55,037 bases of DNA, filler included, from Ionaspis alba (GCA_964255285.1; 2 parts of 2 records of this genome joined end to end with filler, not necessarily neighbours in it); one strand, 5' to 3'; shown: positions 1 to 13,260, counted from the first letter of the whole stretch. Made by a program: numbers and translations. Notes: generated from the sequence alone by a model not told the origin.

Positions 1-165
1 AATATATGGTAAATATTTGTTTGAGAAGTCTAATATCTACTTATCTAATGACAAGTACGATCCAGAACTTCTCGTAGAATCCAGCCACAACGAGTGCATC
101 TGCACGCGAACAGCGAGGCAATCACCACATTATCCACCTCACACAAAGTACTTCCAAAAATCTCT

Positions 166-2280
166 CTAAGAAGAGTTGTCGTGCTTGATACCCTTGGCAA
201 TATCAGAATGTACGGGCTCGTCAAAGTGGTACAATGGCTCCAATTTGGCAGATTTGCGGAAGAAAACGTATCGCTTGAACCAGTACGGGACTGCCTTCGT
301 GAGCTGGTACCTGACGTGGACGCGAGTCGGCACAGCGAAAACATAGTCGAGTTCCTCGAGCGTGCGCTGCTTGGTTTCGGGAACGAAACAGATGATGAGA
401 CACAGAGCTGCGACGTTCAGGCCTGCGTAGAAACCGAAGGCACCTACGACGCCAAAGGCGCGGAGCAGACGAGGGAATGTGATGGAGAGGACGGCGGCGT
501 AGAACAGACAGGTCGCTACAGCCCAGCTCATGCCAACTTCACGATGGGAGAGTGGGAAGACTTCGGCTGAGTAGGTGAAGGGGACGGGACCTTCACCTGG
601 AGAGTAGAAGGCAGCGAAGAGGAAGACGAAGAAAGCAATCATGCCAATGTGGGCTGTCGTTGTGTCGGGAATGTAGAAGCAGAATCCTGCCGCAAGCAGG
701 GTCCATGCCATCTGTGGGAAGGTGAAGAGCAAAAGAGCTCGTCGACCATAGGTATCGATTGTCCAGACAGCAGGCCAGGCGAACACGAAGTTGACAGCTC
801 CGAAACCCCATGAAGCGAGCAATGCTGTCAGGTTCGAAGCTCCTGCTTGGACGAAGACGGTGGACGAATAAAAGGCGATGATGTTGATACCGCACATCTG
901 CTGGGCGATCATCACGGTCCATGAAGCGAGAGTTGCACGACGGACACGAGGAATAGTGAAGAGTTCAATGAAGCGGGTGAGGTAGTTGCTGCGGCCAATG
1001 ATCGCAGCTTCCTCGAGGATCTGGGCGTGGATGTAGTACAGATCACGAGCGGCCTGAAGACGGGTGTTTCGAAGACGGCAAAGGGACTTAAAAGCTTCAG
1101 CGTAACGGTGTTTCTACGACGAATTGTTAGAGTGATTAAAATGATTAATGGCGCTAGGGATTAAAACATACCTTGATATACCAACGGGGCGATTCAGGAC
1201 AGAAGTAGACACCAACGACTAGGGGTACAGCTGGGATGAAAGCCGAACCCAATTGAAGACGCCAGGCGATATCTCCGACTTTGTAAACTGCCAGATTGGC
1301 GCAGAATCCAAGGAAGATACCGAACGCAGTCCACATCTGCCAACTCATGACCAATCCACCGCGGATAGAAGCAGGGCAATTCTCTGCGGCGTAGATAGGG
1401 ACTGTCGAGGCTTTGCTGCCCATTCCGATACCGAGAAGGAGCCGAGTGACGAAAAGCTGGGGCCAGGTTTGAGAGACGGCCGAACCGAGGACGGAAAGCA
1501 GGCAGAAGACAGCGGAGAAGAAGATTGTGCCACGACGACCGAAGTAGTTGTTTAGAGGGTCAGAAAGCCAGCAACCACTTGACAGCAGATTAGTTTGATT
1601 CTTTTTCGGCAAATTCTGATAGGGCAGCGGCGAAACTTACAGGAATGCAGATGCAATGTATGGACCAGCATTGACGACTCCGACAATCCAGGTATTGTTA
1701 TCAGTAGAATCAGGGCCAGAGTCTGGGACACCGAAAGCAATGGGCCATGAAAGATTGGCACCGTTGGAACCAGTCTGGTCCCATCCCTGCACGGCAGCAC
1801 CAATAGAACAAAGAATGACAGTAAAGTAGAGAGAGCGTGGTTGACGCCATTTGTGGAGGACTTCGTTACGGAGAGCATCCCGCTCGGCTTCCTCCAGCTC
1901 GGGAATCTGCTCGAAAGCCGGAGGATTCTGGGCAACCAAAGCCCCGCGCTTGAAGAGCTCAACATCGACGCTCAAGTTGGAGTCGCGGACGAACTCTTCG
2001 ACGTTGTGGAAGAGGGTCGCGCGTGGGATTCCGGCCAAAGGATTCTGAATCCTGCAAAAGGTATAAGCATCACTCTACGGCACCGGATAGTGACCAGGCT
2101 GGGTCTTACTTGGCAGTGATGTTCTTATTCAGACTGACCGACTGTTGACGACCACGCTCGGGTTCATATCTAGAGCATTGATTAGTGGAAAGTTCTTCCA
2201 AGTCCCAGTAATTGCGGGGTCTGGGCTGGTATAGCTCACTCGTCGTGCGACAGTGCGACCTTCTCGTTCGAAGCCGCCAT
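166..2280 (-). CDS. MFS sugar-porter family transporter (probable polyol/myo-inositol:H+ symporter), multi-exon
   Basis: ATG at 2280 ([13 protein letters not shown]...). Exons joined by GT-AG introns give sugar-porter motifs [41 protein letters not shown] and [11 protein letters not shown]. Stop at 166. Confidence 0.92.
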
Positions 2281-2444
2281 GATTAATGTCTAGCTATCGA
2301 TCCGACGGAAGGTCAACGACTGGATGCGACGGTCCAGATGGTTTACAATGATCGTTGGATCAATCAAAGTGTTGAATGGGTAAAGAAGAGGCAAGGAGGA
2401 GAGGGAGTAGGGGAGGATGGAAGGGTAAATATTGCGGGGTGGAG
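2211..2444. promoter_or_regulatory. CreA/Mig1-like carbon catabolite repression sites
   Basis: The 10-mer ATTGCGGGGT occurs at 2211-2220 (first intron) and at 2431-2440 (upstream). It matches the AT-rich flank plus SYGGRG consensus. An overlapping GTGGAG lies at 2439-2444. Confidence 0.45.
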
Positions 2445-3676
2445 ATCTCTGCCCTTTCATATACTGGTGAGGGGGATGGGGAGTCTACTCGTAACTACCT
2501 GGAGTCCCTCCAACCACTTGCACTCTTTTTCTGACTGTTACACCAGTTGGACCGGTGATGATTGGAATGACGCACAGACAAGGATGCGGCTTTCAATCTC
2601 ACCGCAGGCCATGAGTCCCGATAGTGCTGCTAGCAGGCGTTCAGCGAGTCAGAGAGCACCTTTGCCATCCTGGTCCTCCTCTAGTACAACCCCAGACGCC
2701 TTCGGTCCAGCCTTGGCTTCCTCGATGGCTCCGTCTCCGGCTTCCATCTGCCAGATTTTCTCCGGATGTCTTTCAACGCCTCGAAGCTCGTAAAGCAGAG
2801 AACTCCTGGCGGAGAATACTGAATAGGGATTCGGATCCATCTCCCACCATGCGACACCAACGATCTTTCCCTGTGTACTAACTACTACAGGCAATGCACA
2901 TTTCCGAGTCGCAAACATCACAGTCTGTGCTGAAAAACAGAAAGGTGCCGGGTAATCCAGGAATGCAGACCTGCGGCACACTGCAGACTCGAAGCCAGTT
3001 CGTCTGCAACCACGAAACCACAGGATTATTCGGCGCACTTGCGTCGCCATCAATCTCGTTTCCTTCCCGGTGGGTCAAGTCATAAGCAAACGGTCAGGAA
3101 AAAGACTTACTGGCGTACCCATGGGCTCAGCACGAGGCTCTAAAGGCTACGCTGGACCCACCACCAAGGATCCGTCCTGCTACAAACGTCCCCGTCAAAC
3201 GTGAAATTCGGTCGTCGCACCTGACTTCCACATGCGAAGAGGAAGGGCAGTATTATTCTCCGACAGCTCGTCTTTCGAGGTGTGATGTTCGGAGTGCCCG
3301 ATGGCCAATGGCTATCGTGATTTCACAACATACAAACGCCTGACAGTTCCCTTTCTACAATTTTGGTAATATCACGTTCTTGCAGGCACATGACCAGATC
3401 GAATCCTTTCCTTCCTTTACCCCAAGCCCTGATCCTTCGCGTTTGCGCTATGCTATAGATCACGAAAGTCCTCAATAATGGTTCTGCTGTCTGCCTCCAA
3501 AACAGCCCGACTCCTGTACTTGTAGATGTTCAGTAAACACCTCAAGCACTAACCCGAGACAATCGGTCAATCTACGCTTTGCTTACTCGAGCGACTCAAG
3601 AATGCCCTAAGGGAGCCGATCCGTCCACGATCGAGCATAACCCACACTTCCTCTGCACATTATATTAGCAAACATC

Positions 3677-3776
3677 NNNNNNNNNNNNNNNNNNNNNNNN
3701 NNNNNNNNNNNNNNNNNNNNNNNNNNNNNNNNNNNNNNNNNNNNNNNNNNNNNNNNNNNNNNNNNNNNNNNNNNNN
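3677..3776. other. Assembly gap (100 N)
   Basis: Run of 100 N with no obvious overlap between the flanks. Confidence 0.98.
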
Positions 3777-3927
3777 AAGATGCATCCATACCAGCTACCA
3801 CGTGCTTGGTAACCACAAATAGTCGTCGACAAGGCAGTATGCTTCAAGACAATCGGTTGGCCCTAGACGTTAAATTGGAAGTCACCATCGCTATGACGAC
3901 TACCACCACAACCACTCACTCACCCAC

Positions 3928-5311
3928 TCAATCAAACACAATCTTCTTGCCTTCAAAAGCCGCTCCAACCTTCGCCTCCTTCCTCTTCTTCGCTGCCTCC
4001 CACGACGGATGCAACGGGCCATCCTTCTTCGCCTCCGCCCCTCCAGCTCTCGTCTTCAGCAGCTCACTGTTTGCGCCAGTCGTCTTCGATCCCCTCGATC
4101 CACCAACCCTCCCATCTCTACCTCCTCCCCTACCCCTTCCGCCCTCTCTTCGCCCGCCTCTCCCTCTCCCTCCATTTTCACCTAAAGCCCCCTTTCTGGC
4201 ATCCCACCCTTGATCCCGCGTCTGATTCCTCAGATGATTCGCCTTCTGCCCAAACTTCTTCTCCCACAATTGTCTTCGAGCTCGTTGACCACGACGATTC
4301 TTCCGTGCTGTGATGGCGGCTGCGGATTGGTCTTCGTCGTCGAAGGCGGAGGAGCCGCTTTCCGAGCCGGAGTAGTAACCGCCTAGTGTTAGGGAGGGGA
4401 GGAAGGTTGTGCTTTTGGGGCGCGATTTGGTGGTTGATTTCTGGGAAGCACGGGAGTCGAGTGGTGGTGGCGAGGATAGTGATTCGTGGGGCATGTAGCT
4501 CGTCTGCCCGTTTTCTTGGGCTTTTGAGGGTGGGGACGAGGGTGACTCGTCTGAGGAGGAATTCGCGAGGCGGGATGCGTATTGATCGAGATGATCGCAG
4601 TCATCTTCGCTCCCGGATGTATCTATCTGGCTGCCGACGTCCTGGACTTCATAGGTAAATTCGTTGTCTGATACTTCTATATTCTCCTCTTTGGACCGAG
4701 GACCATCATGAATGGTTACAACCGGGTCCTTTAGTGCCTTCGCCCTTTCTCCAAAATCTGCTGCTCGTAACCTTTTCTTCCGCAGCGGTTCCATCTTCTC
4801 GACCCCCAGGATTGTGCGAACCGTATTCATGATACCCTCCATTGCAGTTTTGACTGGGTTTGAATTGTAGAGCCGCGCTGTGACATTCACATAAGCTGCA
4901 TCCTGCAGTACACTCGATCTTTCCACCTTCGATTTGATGTACTTAGGAAACAAGGGTGCACTGGCAATGGACTTCGTTTTAACCAGGGTCTTGAGCAGAT
5001 GTAGCTCTGCTATCACAGAGAGATCAAGCTTCTGCAACCATTGTAAACCTTGCTTTCTGTGTGATGACAAGAACACTGACTTTGAGGGCCACTACTTCAG
5101 CTTCTATCCTCTCGAGCTGCTCCTTCGAGTCAGCACTCCTTGCTTCCTTTTGTCGACGACCTAACTTCTGTCTTTCAAATCCACGGGCGAGCTTGAGAGC
5201 TCGAAATAAGATCGTTTTCCCATGGCTCAAGGCACCTTCGAATTGATGCTGCTGCCGGTTGGATTGTCGCTCAGGCAAGCTGTCATTCTCTGTCCTCTTT
5301 CTCTTGGGCAT
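3928..5311 (-). CDS. BUD22: Bud22/SRFBP1-family ribosome biogenesis protein
   Basis: Starts MPKRKR at 5311. N-terminal LFRALKLARGFERQKLGRR; C-terminal RKNRRGQRARRQLWEKKFG, an RGG tract and GPLHPSWEAAKKRKE...FEGKKIVFD. One short intron near 5035-5080. Confidence 0.9.
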
Positions 5312-5666
5312 GCCTGGTCGACAATATCGAAGAGCCAATCGAAAGAGGTGAATGAACTAGTCTTGAAAATGACGCCGGCTGTGCATAGGCAAAGGCCGGA
5401 TGTTAAACTTCAGCCCTGCGATAACTCCGCACGCGGCTGAAGAGACTCGGCCGGAGCTTGTCTCAGCTGGTGGAACATGCGCCGGTTTATTAATCGAAAG
5501 GTTATATATCAACAGTGCCAGTATATGTCTTGAAGCTTGCGAGTGGACTATCCTTTGATCTCTTGTTCTGTGTCGAAGTGCCATACAGTCCAAATCTTGT
5601 GATAATTTGCCATAGCAGCCTCGCCTCTTGCTATATAGTTTCCTTCCATATTGTCAATAGCCCTAC

Positions 5667-6859
5667 ATGCCTTCCACAATCCGTAACATCCAATTTACTT
5701 TGGTTCTCCTCTCCAGTGTTGCTACGTACTTCACGTGGGGTCTACTCTACAAGAATGGCTCTCTCGACTTGCTCGATAGAATTCGGGCACAAAATCCTCC
5801 TCTCTTCCCGAGCACGAAAGCTGTATTAAAGACAACCTTCACCGGAATTGCACCCATCGATCATTTGTTGACAACTCTAACAATAGTCTTTTCGCAAGTT
5901 TTAGATGGCAGCTTTCCAAGTGCATCGCTCCAGGCCTTCCACTTTGGAGGACAATACATGGCCGCGTGGGGACTTGTGGTTTTGGAAGGCATACGAACAG
6001 GGAACCGTGGAAAGCTGATCACATAGTACGCCGTCTCCCTGCGCTTAGATTGGTAGTCGTGATATTAATTCATTCCAGTGGTGCGATTTTTGGTCTACTC
6101 TGTCAATCCATCGCTTTTACCATCTGTGCACCGCTGTTCTTCGCCTTGTACTTGTCCACCTCACCCATAGTACGACCAACAATCGCGAACGTTAGTCCCC
6201 ATGTCGCAAGCACAGTCGCCATTCCAGTCTCGTTGGTACTTGGGTTTGTCATCCCGTCGATCCTGATGTGCTTAACCGCCCCTTCGGTCGTAAGTTTCGA
6301 GACACATCAAAACTTCATCGCCCTTTGGCAACCATTCCCGGTCTGGGTAGCCCTCTGCCAGCAGCTTCTCGGACGACTTTTCGAGTCCACTGGCATGACA
6401 GATAAAGTAAAAACATTGAGCGCTCTACGGTCTGTCTATCTTTTCCTCGTCCTCTTCGCTGGCTATACTCATGTCTCGACTGTTGCGGCTATACTGCTAT
6501 CAGTCTTTTTCCCGGGTCTTTTCGCCTCTAATTACGTCGGAGCCTTCAATGCGTGGACGGTGTTCATACCTGGCGACATGACCGGCTCCGTCAAGATACA
6601 GGATGTTGGACCTGGTATCCACCTATTCCTACAGTACGACGAGATCATTGGGTCAACGGCATTACTCATCTGGGCGACAATCTTGTATGTGAGAGCAGAC
6701 AGTCGACAAAAAGCTTTCGACAAATGGCCACAACTCGTCGTTGCAATGTCCTTTTTGATGCTGTTGACTGGCCCGAGTGGCTGTGCTGTGACGCTGCTGT
6801 GGGCGAGAGATGAATTGATTCTTGATGGAAATAAGGCCGAGCCAAAGAAGTTGAAGTAA
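5667..6859 (+). CDS. Polytopic membrane protein of the CtvD/AurD/AtmA(IdtA)-like epoxide hydrolase/ether cyclase family
   Basis: Two exons (intron about 6026-6078). Motifs FTGIAPIDHLL, LDGSFPSASLQAFHF, WQPFPVWV, FLQYDEIIG and GPSGCAVTLLWARD resemble CtvD/AtmA-type proteins. C-terminal KKLK is a KKXX ER-retrieval signal. Confidence 0.7.
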
Positions 6860-7353
6860 AGGTTGATTGAGAGGACAAATGCAACGTGACAATATGGCCA
6901 TCACGAACTAATATACGCAAGTTTGTTAGGTGGTTCAACGTAGCTGTTGGCATGAATGCTTGCTGCTCATGAAATTTACTGTTATCTTGCAGTCTATTTT
7001 GCATTTCTTCGATCAATGTCGGCTCAAGCTTTGATGGCTATTTGTTCGAGGCAAAGCATGTACGATGGCCGTCTTTGACGAGCAATGGTACTAGAAAAGA
7101 ATAGCAACTATTGTGTCACTTCGGCAATGATGCTTTAGCATTGGTCCCGAGCCAAATTTGTAGTTTGGGAACGACTGTACTTCGAAAGTGAGCGAGTGAG
7201 GAGAGCTTCTAATCATACAAGTCGTAGCAATGTTCCGCCACTGCACCAATCCCCGCCTCTAAAGATACACCAGCAAAGCCCAGGCTATGCCTCCATGCTA
7301 GCGACCCACTCGACCAGACCTCACAAAACACTAATCACTGTGAAACATACCAG

Positions 7354-10300
7354 CTAATGGGCACTGCCAACCAGCAACCTCCTATTCTTCTTGATTATCC
7401 CGTTCAATCGCTTCTCCAGTGCCTCGGTCTCCTTCCTAGCCTCTATCATCGCCTTCTCCGCCTCCTCGACACTCATTGTGGCAATTCTCATCGGCACTCC
7501 CTCATCGAGTGGAACTCCAGTAGCAGCGACAGCCGCCCAGTAATTAGACGAAGCTATGGCACCACTCATCATTGGAGAAGCGAAATGATTCATCAATTCT
7601 GAAGTTTCGTTGGAAATAGTGGAGCCATCACCGCTAAGCCCGAATTGAGACTCCATAGGAATACCCTCCATATTGGCAATTGGCGGTGGAGCTGCATGCA
7701 GCCAGCGTTCAATGTTGTGACGAGTTGAGTTGAAAGCCATAACTCCTTTAGATGCGAGAGTCTGCTCCCTAAGGTCAAGATATCGTTGTGCCTGCTCTCG
7801 AGAAAAGCCACGCAGAGTCCGGCGGTCTGGTAAGACAACGACACGTTTATTTTCGCCAGTTTCAACAATAACTCCACGTCCCTGCTCCAGCACGCTTCGT
7901 TGTCCGTCCGAGAGAGTAGGGAGCGTATTTGTCTCACCAACATCAGCTTCGGTCAGATCAAATCGATAATTGATGCCAGAGACGTTCTTAAACAGGTCGA
8001 GAGCATTGGCTGCAATACTACCTGCTTTCTGGAGATCAGCAAACAGAGTGGCTGCTGTGAGAAGGCTCTTCCGTAGCTTCTCGCTCGTTTCTGGAGCATC
8101 AGCGACTGGACTGTCGACAACATCTTCTTCCGTGGGAGATGCGACGGTCTCTTTCTTAGCCTGCTTCTTAAATTCTGGCGCTTGCTTCTTGACATCCTTG
8201 GCAGAAACCGTCTTTTCGCCTTGGGGATTCTTGGGCTCAGTATCTTCGGCTCGAACAGCTGCTTCCTGAGCCTTTCCAGTGGTCTGTGGCTCCATAGTAG
8301 CACTCTGAGTGGGCTTCTTTGCCTTCTTCTTCCGGCCAATAATGGGAGCTTGAATTGGTTCTTCCAGTGAATCAATGGACTTCACGTCTTCTGACTGTTT
8401 GCTCTCTTCGAGTCGTTTTGCTCGTGCCTGGCGCTCTTTTTTTTGTTGACTTTTGGTGGTCTGGCGTACCGGAGCTGATCCGACTTTTCCACCTGGTGGA
8501 GAGCCGGGTCGCGATACAGACGTTGAGGTCATGGAAGCATTGTCGGACGCTATTTCATTCACAGGCGTGCCTGGCTGATTGATAGATGACAAACTAGCTT
8601 GCCGAGATACTTGTTTGTTGACAAAGGCGACTGGACCGGTCGATACCCCAACTGGAATTCGAGGTGGTGTCTCTGATTTGGGGGTTGGAACAACACGTAG
8701 GGTACGTGGTTGCACCTGACGAGGGACCGAGGACGCTGAAGACTGAGAAACTGCTGTCGCAGGAGTACTGGGCTGAGATAAAGCTATGGCAGCCTTTTTT
8801 GCGGCTTTGCTAGGAGTGGCTGGCCTTGCTTGGTCGTTCGAAGAACCCAGAGAATCGATGTCACGTTTGGTGGAGTCTTTTGCTGCAGCTATGTCGAGTT
8901 TACCGGGTCTCTGGCGTTTTTCGCCAGATTTATTGTTTTCAGCAGTCCTGTTTGAATCTTGCACGGGATCGTCCCCATTCGGTGGGGTTGCCTCCTTTGA
9001 GGCTATCTCGGCTTGAGTCAATGGACCGCTCTCTGAAGGCTTCTTCGTCGACTTCGGAGCTTGCCTCGATGCAGTCGATGGTTCGTCAACAGGCTGAACC
9101 GTGTCGCTTTCAGCGAAATTCGGGGCATTTCCAATTTCTCCTGAAGCGGGTGAACCACCGTCCTTTGATAGTGCAGGAGCGCCGATTGGCTGCTGACTGG
9201 TGACGATTGGTACAGCAGGCACTAAGGGGAAGGGCGCCGCTACTTGTGTTCTCATTGAGCTTTGTAACGAGGTGAGTGTTGCAGGTGCTCGAGAAGGTGC
9301 TGCCAAAGGTGGAAAGTCTGAAGGCAGCGATAAGCCTGGAGGAACCGCACCAGGTATGATCGCTTGGTTTTTGTGAGCAGCGTTTTTCTTCTGCCGTCCT
9401 TTCGATGGAGATTCCGGTACATCAGGCGCAAGAGATGACCCGCTCTCGCGCTTCAAAGTCGATTCGGCCACTAAATGAACGTACAAACCGTCAGCAATGG
9501 TAAAGACCAAGTGAACGACGGTAAACTTGACGATGTAAGCAATGAAATCGACAGCGCGCCATAAGCAGGTAGGAAAGCGGACTAAAAAGCAACAGCAAAC
9601 GCTCTGTCTAGTAATCTTTTCCAGCCTGTTTCCTACTTTGACAAAGGCGTGGCTGTTGTTCTCGTCATGGCATGATAAGGTAAGCTCTAATAATCATATA
9701 AATGGTGAGAAGATGTTTTTGGTACACAACTACCTATTCAGAGGCAGGAAGGGGTATTAACGTACATGAGACCAGCCATGACGAGGACAGCGCAAGGAGT
9801 CACTGTTATGACTAGCCAACCATTCACGCCGATTGACCAAGATCAACACCCAGATCTCGCCAGAATTTGACATGAAAAACACACAATATGCTTAGAACAG
9901 AAGCCCTAGACTTGCGCCATTTTCTGTGCACATTCCCACAAACGCCGTAACAAGTCCTTCACATGATTTTTGAGCCCTGGGCCGCTCCTCGCTGAAATGA
10001 GAGAAACCAAGTTCACAGATAAAAAGTGCTTCAGATGTGAAGGAAGACTGCCAAATTTCAAACGAGGGAAGAGCGACAGCAGAACCAAGGATTTAATCCT
10101 GGCCCTACCATCTGCCTCCATAGCCATTTCCATACATCAGATTGTGCGAGTTGTACCCACCTTGACTTTGTGCGCCACCGTATGGCCCCTGCCCAGTACC
10201 GCCGTGGTGCATCCTAGCCTGTAATATGCTCGGGTCCGCAAGATCAACTGTCCCACCTCCTCCAGAGGAGGAAGTGTTAGCATGTCTATGCTTCTTTCCC

Positions 10301-12921
10301 TTCTTCTTCTGCTGCTTCATGTGGTCTTGATACCCAGATAGAGCACCGAGTTGGGACCCATAAAGCGAGCTCGGAAGGCCTGGGGCAGGAGTGGAGGAGG
10401 AGGTGGAGGTCGAGGACTTCTGCAGGAAAGAAAGAAACATGTACTCACGCTTTCCAGATTCAGGTCCCAGGCCATTACCACCTCCCGCTCTTGTTCGAAG
10501 AAAGTCGCGCATTAGATCGTCGTTGCTATTCTTGCCGCCAAGATTTCCGCCACCGAATGAGAGGCTGCCACCCATTGCACTGGCAAATCCGTGGCCTTGA
10601 CCGAACATGCCTCCACCACTTATCGGGGGTGTACCGCTTGACTTAAGACCAGGAGGCGGACCTTGAATGCCACTGTAAAAGTTTGTATGCATACCGGGCT
10701 GTTGCGAAGCTTGAGTTGTGAATGCTTTGGTGTTATTCGGGGGCATCATAGCTGATTGTTGTGCTATTAGTTGAGCATTGGTGGTGGGCTTGACTGCTGC
10801 TGGTGCTGTGCCAGAATCGTTTGCAAAAGTGTATCTTGAAGCTTGCCTACCATGGCCAGAGAGTGAATTCAAATGTTGATTCTGCAATTGGAATGGATTC
10901 GAAAGCTGTGGTTGGTGGTGACTAGTGTTACCCCCCACGCCTCGATTGAATTGATCAGACATGGTCTCAAGTGGCTGAGTATTAGATTTGAGAAGAGATA
11001 ACTGTTGTTGCTGTTGGGTTGTAAGGTTTCGCCCGCCAAGAGTAAGGTTAGACAGATCATGACCAAGTGATACCTGGCTATCGAAAGGCTGGGCCGTGCC
11101 AGAAGACAGTCCAAACCCGCGGTGTTGCTGATCGTTGCGCCGACTGTTCCCGAAAAGGTTCAACTGAGCGTTCTGGCCTTCCTGTGTCTCTGGCTCACCT
11201 CCCAATTGCAAACTCCCACTGGCTAAATTGTCCTCGTCTTCTGTCGCAGACATGGCCTGAAGAATGGTTCGCTTCTCCTCCTCTTCCTTCAGGCGTTCTT
11301 CCTCCTGATGTGCCTTCATGGCATGTCGCACGACACCGCCATGACTATCAATTAGAGGTGGGTAGTTGTCTATTAGATTCAAGGTTTCAGAATCGTACAA
11401 GTCACGGTCGAGAGACCACTTGAAGCTGCATTCGGCCACCAGCTTGACTGCGCGCTCAAGGGCTAACAATGATGGACGCTTGTCGGGTTCCCGGGTACTG
11501 TCAGCTCGCGGTTCAGTAACACCAGTGGAAGCGCCCTGAGTTTGAGGTTGTGGAATGCTTTCTACTGAATCTGAGGGACGATCATCTTTTGGTTGCTTTT
11601 CTGTGTTCGGAGCAGCTAGCTTGGCTTTGCCAATTTTTGGACTTGGCGACGCCCTGCTAGCAGCTTGACTCGATCCCCTGCTCTGCTGAATCTGTGGTAG
11701 CTTGGCCCAGCTTGCGGTTGTAGGCAGTGCAGAGCCGTCGCCGCTATCACTCCTGCTCATCGGTTCGTCCCTACTGCCTTGTCGAGCCATAGAGTCTGAT
11801 GCAGCAGACACACTCTGCGGTGCTTGTTGGGGAGGAGGTTGTGGTTGTGATTGTGGAGGTTGATTGGTAGTTTTGGAAGAAGAAGTAGCTGTAGATGAGA
11901 GGGCCGGACGTTGCGTTGAGACTGCATTCATGGATGAAAGGTCCTGGCGGCTGAAACTATCATTGTCTTCCCCCGTCTCATGGAGAAACATACAGCTCCT
12001 GTTATTGCAGACCTCATTTCGGAGATAGGCAGAACAGTATTTTGTTGTGCCATATTGAGCTCTAGGAACGATTTTAGCAAGTCTTCACAGTATCACGGCG
12101 TGTGCGTCTTACCTTAGCACGCGATCACCATTTGGTGATCCGTCCACAGCCGCTATGCAAGTCGCGGCGTCTTCCTTTCTGGCGAAAGTGACATATACTC
12201 CGATTGACTGCTTTCCGGCAGTACCCTCTCTAGCTTTGCTGACCACGATCTTGACTATCTTGCCATATTGGCCGAAGAACTGATCTCCCCGCAGTGTCTG
12301 AAGCAAATCTTCCTCCCGGATTTTGGGATTGAGTCCGACGACGTACACAAGGTTTTTCTGTACAACACGAAGTCCTGCAAGATGTTTCCGATTCTGGGTC
12401 TCGACTTGTCGTCGTTCGGCTTCCTTTTGTCGAGCGGCAGCTTTCTTGCGAGCCTGGAGTGCGACGTCGGCTTTGAACCTGCGCAGTCTCAGTGCTTCCG
12501 TCGCCTCATCTGATAACCACAAGAGCTTACTCTTCCGGACTGACTATCTTCCACTCTATGCTTTTATCATCATATGGTCTTCGACATGCTGGGCAGAGGC
12601 CATTCATATTGTTCTTGATGTTGTTGTAACAGAACTGACACACCTGACATCACACATCTTTTAGCAGCTCCCCTTATCAATACAAGAAGGCACATAGCCG
12701 TGTAGGAAGTTGTGAGCACTGAACAAGATGTGTGCTCACCTGGTAGCCACAAGGGCAAGGTCGGAAGTTTTTGTCGGACAGATCGAACTCTTCGACACAT
12801 AACGGGCTGTCAAGTACCCAGTCAGCAGAAGTGCTTGGTATAGCTAGAGCCTTGCAGAGAAGATATACCATGCATCATCGGAGTCATCCATAAAGGTATC
12901 TTGTTGAACGCGACCTGCCAT
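7354..12921 (-). CDS. NOT4: CCR4-NOT RING E3 ubiquitin ligase Not4/Mot2 (long isoform ends at 7354, short isoform at 10105)
   Basis: ATG at 12921. The spliced N-terminus gives a C4C4 RING (CPLCVEEFDLSDKNFRPCPCGYQVCQFC...CPAC), an RRM (LRVVQKNLVYVVGL...YFGQYG-like), a C3H zinc finger (TTKYC...C...CMFLHE) and then low-complexity exons at 10105-11991 and 7354-9470. Confidence 0.93.
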
Positions 12922-13260
12922 GGCGATGGAAGAGAGGATGATCTGAGGATTTTGGCGAAGCGAGATGAAAGGAAAAGGATATTACAAAGAAGTATCTTCA
13001 TAAGGAGGCATCGGGAGCTTCGAACGGCCCTTGATGAACACCGCGCTATGCGTAGGAATACAGATGTGCCGAGGAGTGAATGCGAATAGCGATCTTGGAT
13101 GTTAGGAGGAAGGTTCATCTTTAAGTTGAAATGTACTAGCGTGATGTATAATACCCCAGTGTATTACTTGGCACACATCTTCTCTGCGATGGTCGACGTC
13201 AACTTCAGAAGTACCGCAAACAGCTTATCAGTCCTTTCGTGTGCAATAAACGGCAACGCC

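Noticed and set aside
2338..3085. Several 60-150 aa ORFs upstream of the transporter
   Set aside because: Mutually overlapping on both strands with no motifs or splice support. Treated as promoter sequence.
4100..4180. C/T-rich repetitive tract
   Set aside because: Explained by the RGG-coding segment of BUD22 on the minus strand.
7171..7184. ACGACTGTACTTC, resembling the 5' end of U3 snoRNA
   Set aside because: Not followed by box A or the other U3 boxes. It lies in the NOT4 3' region.
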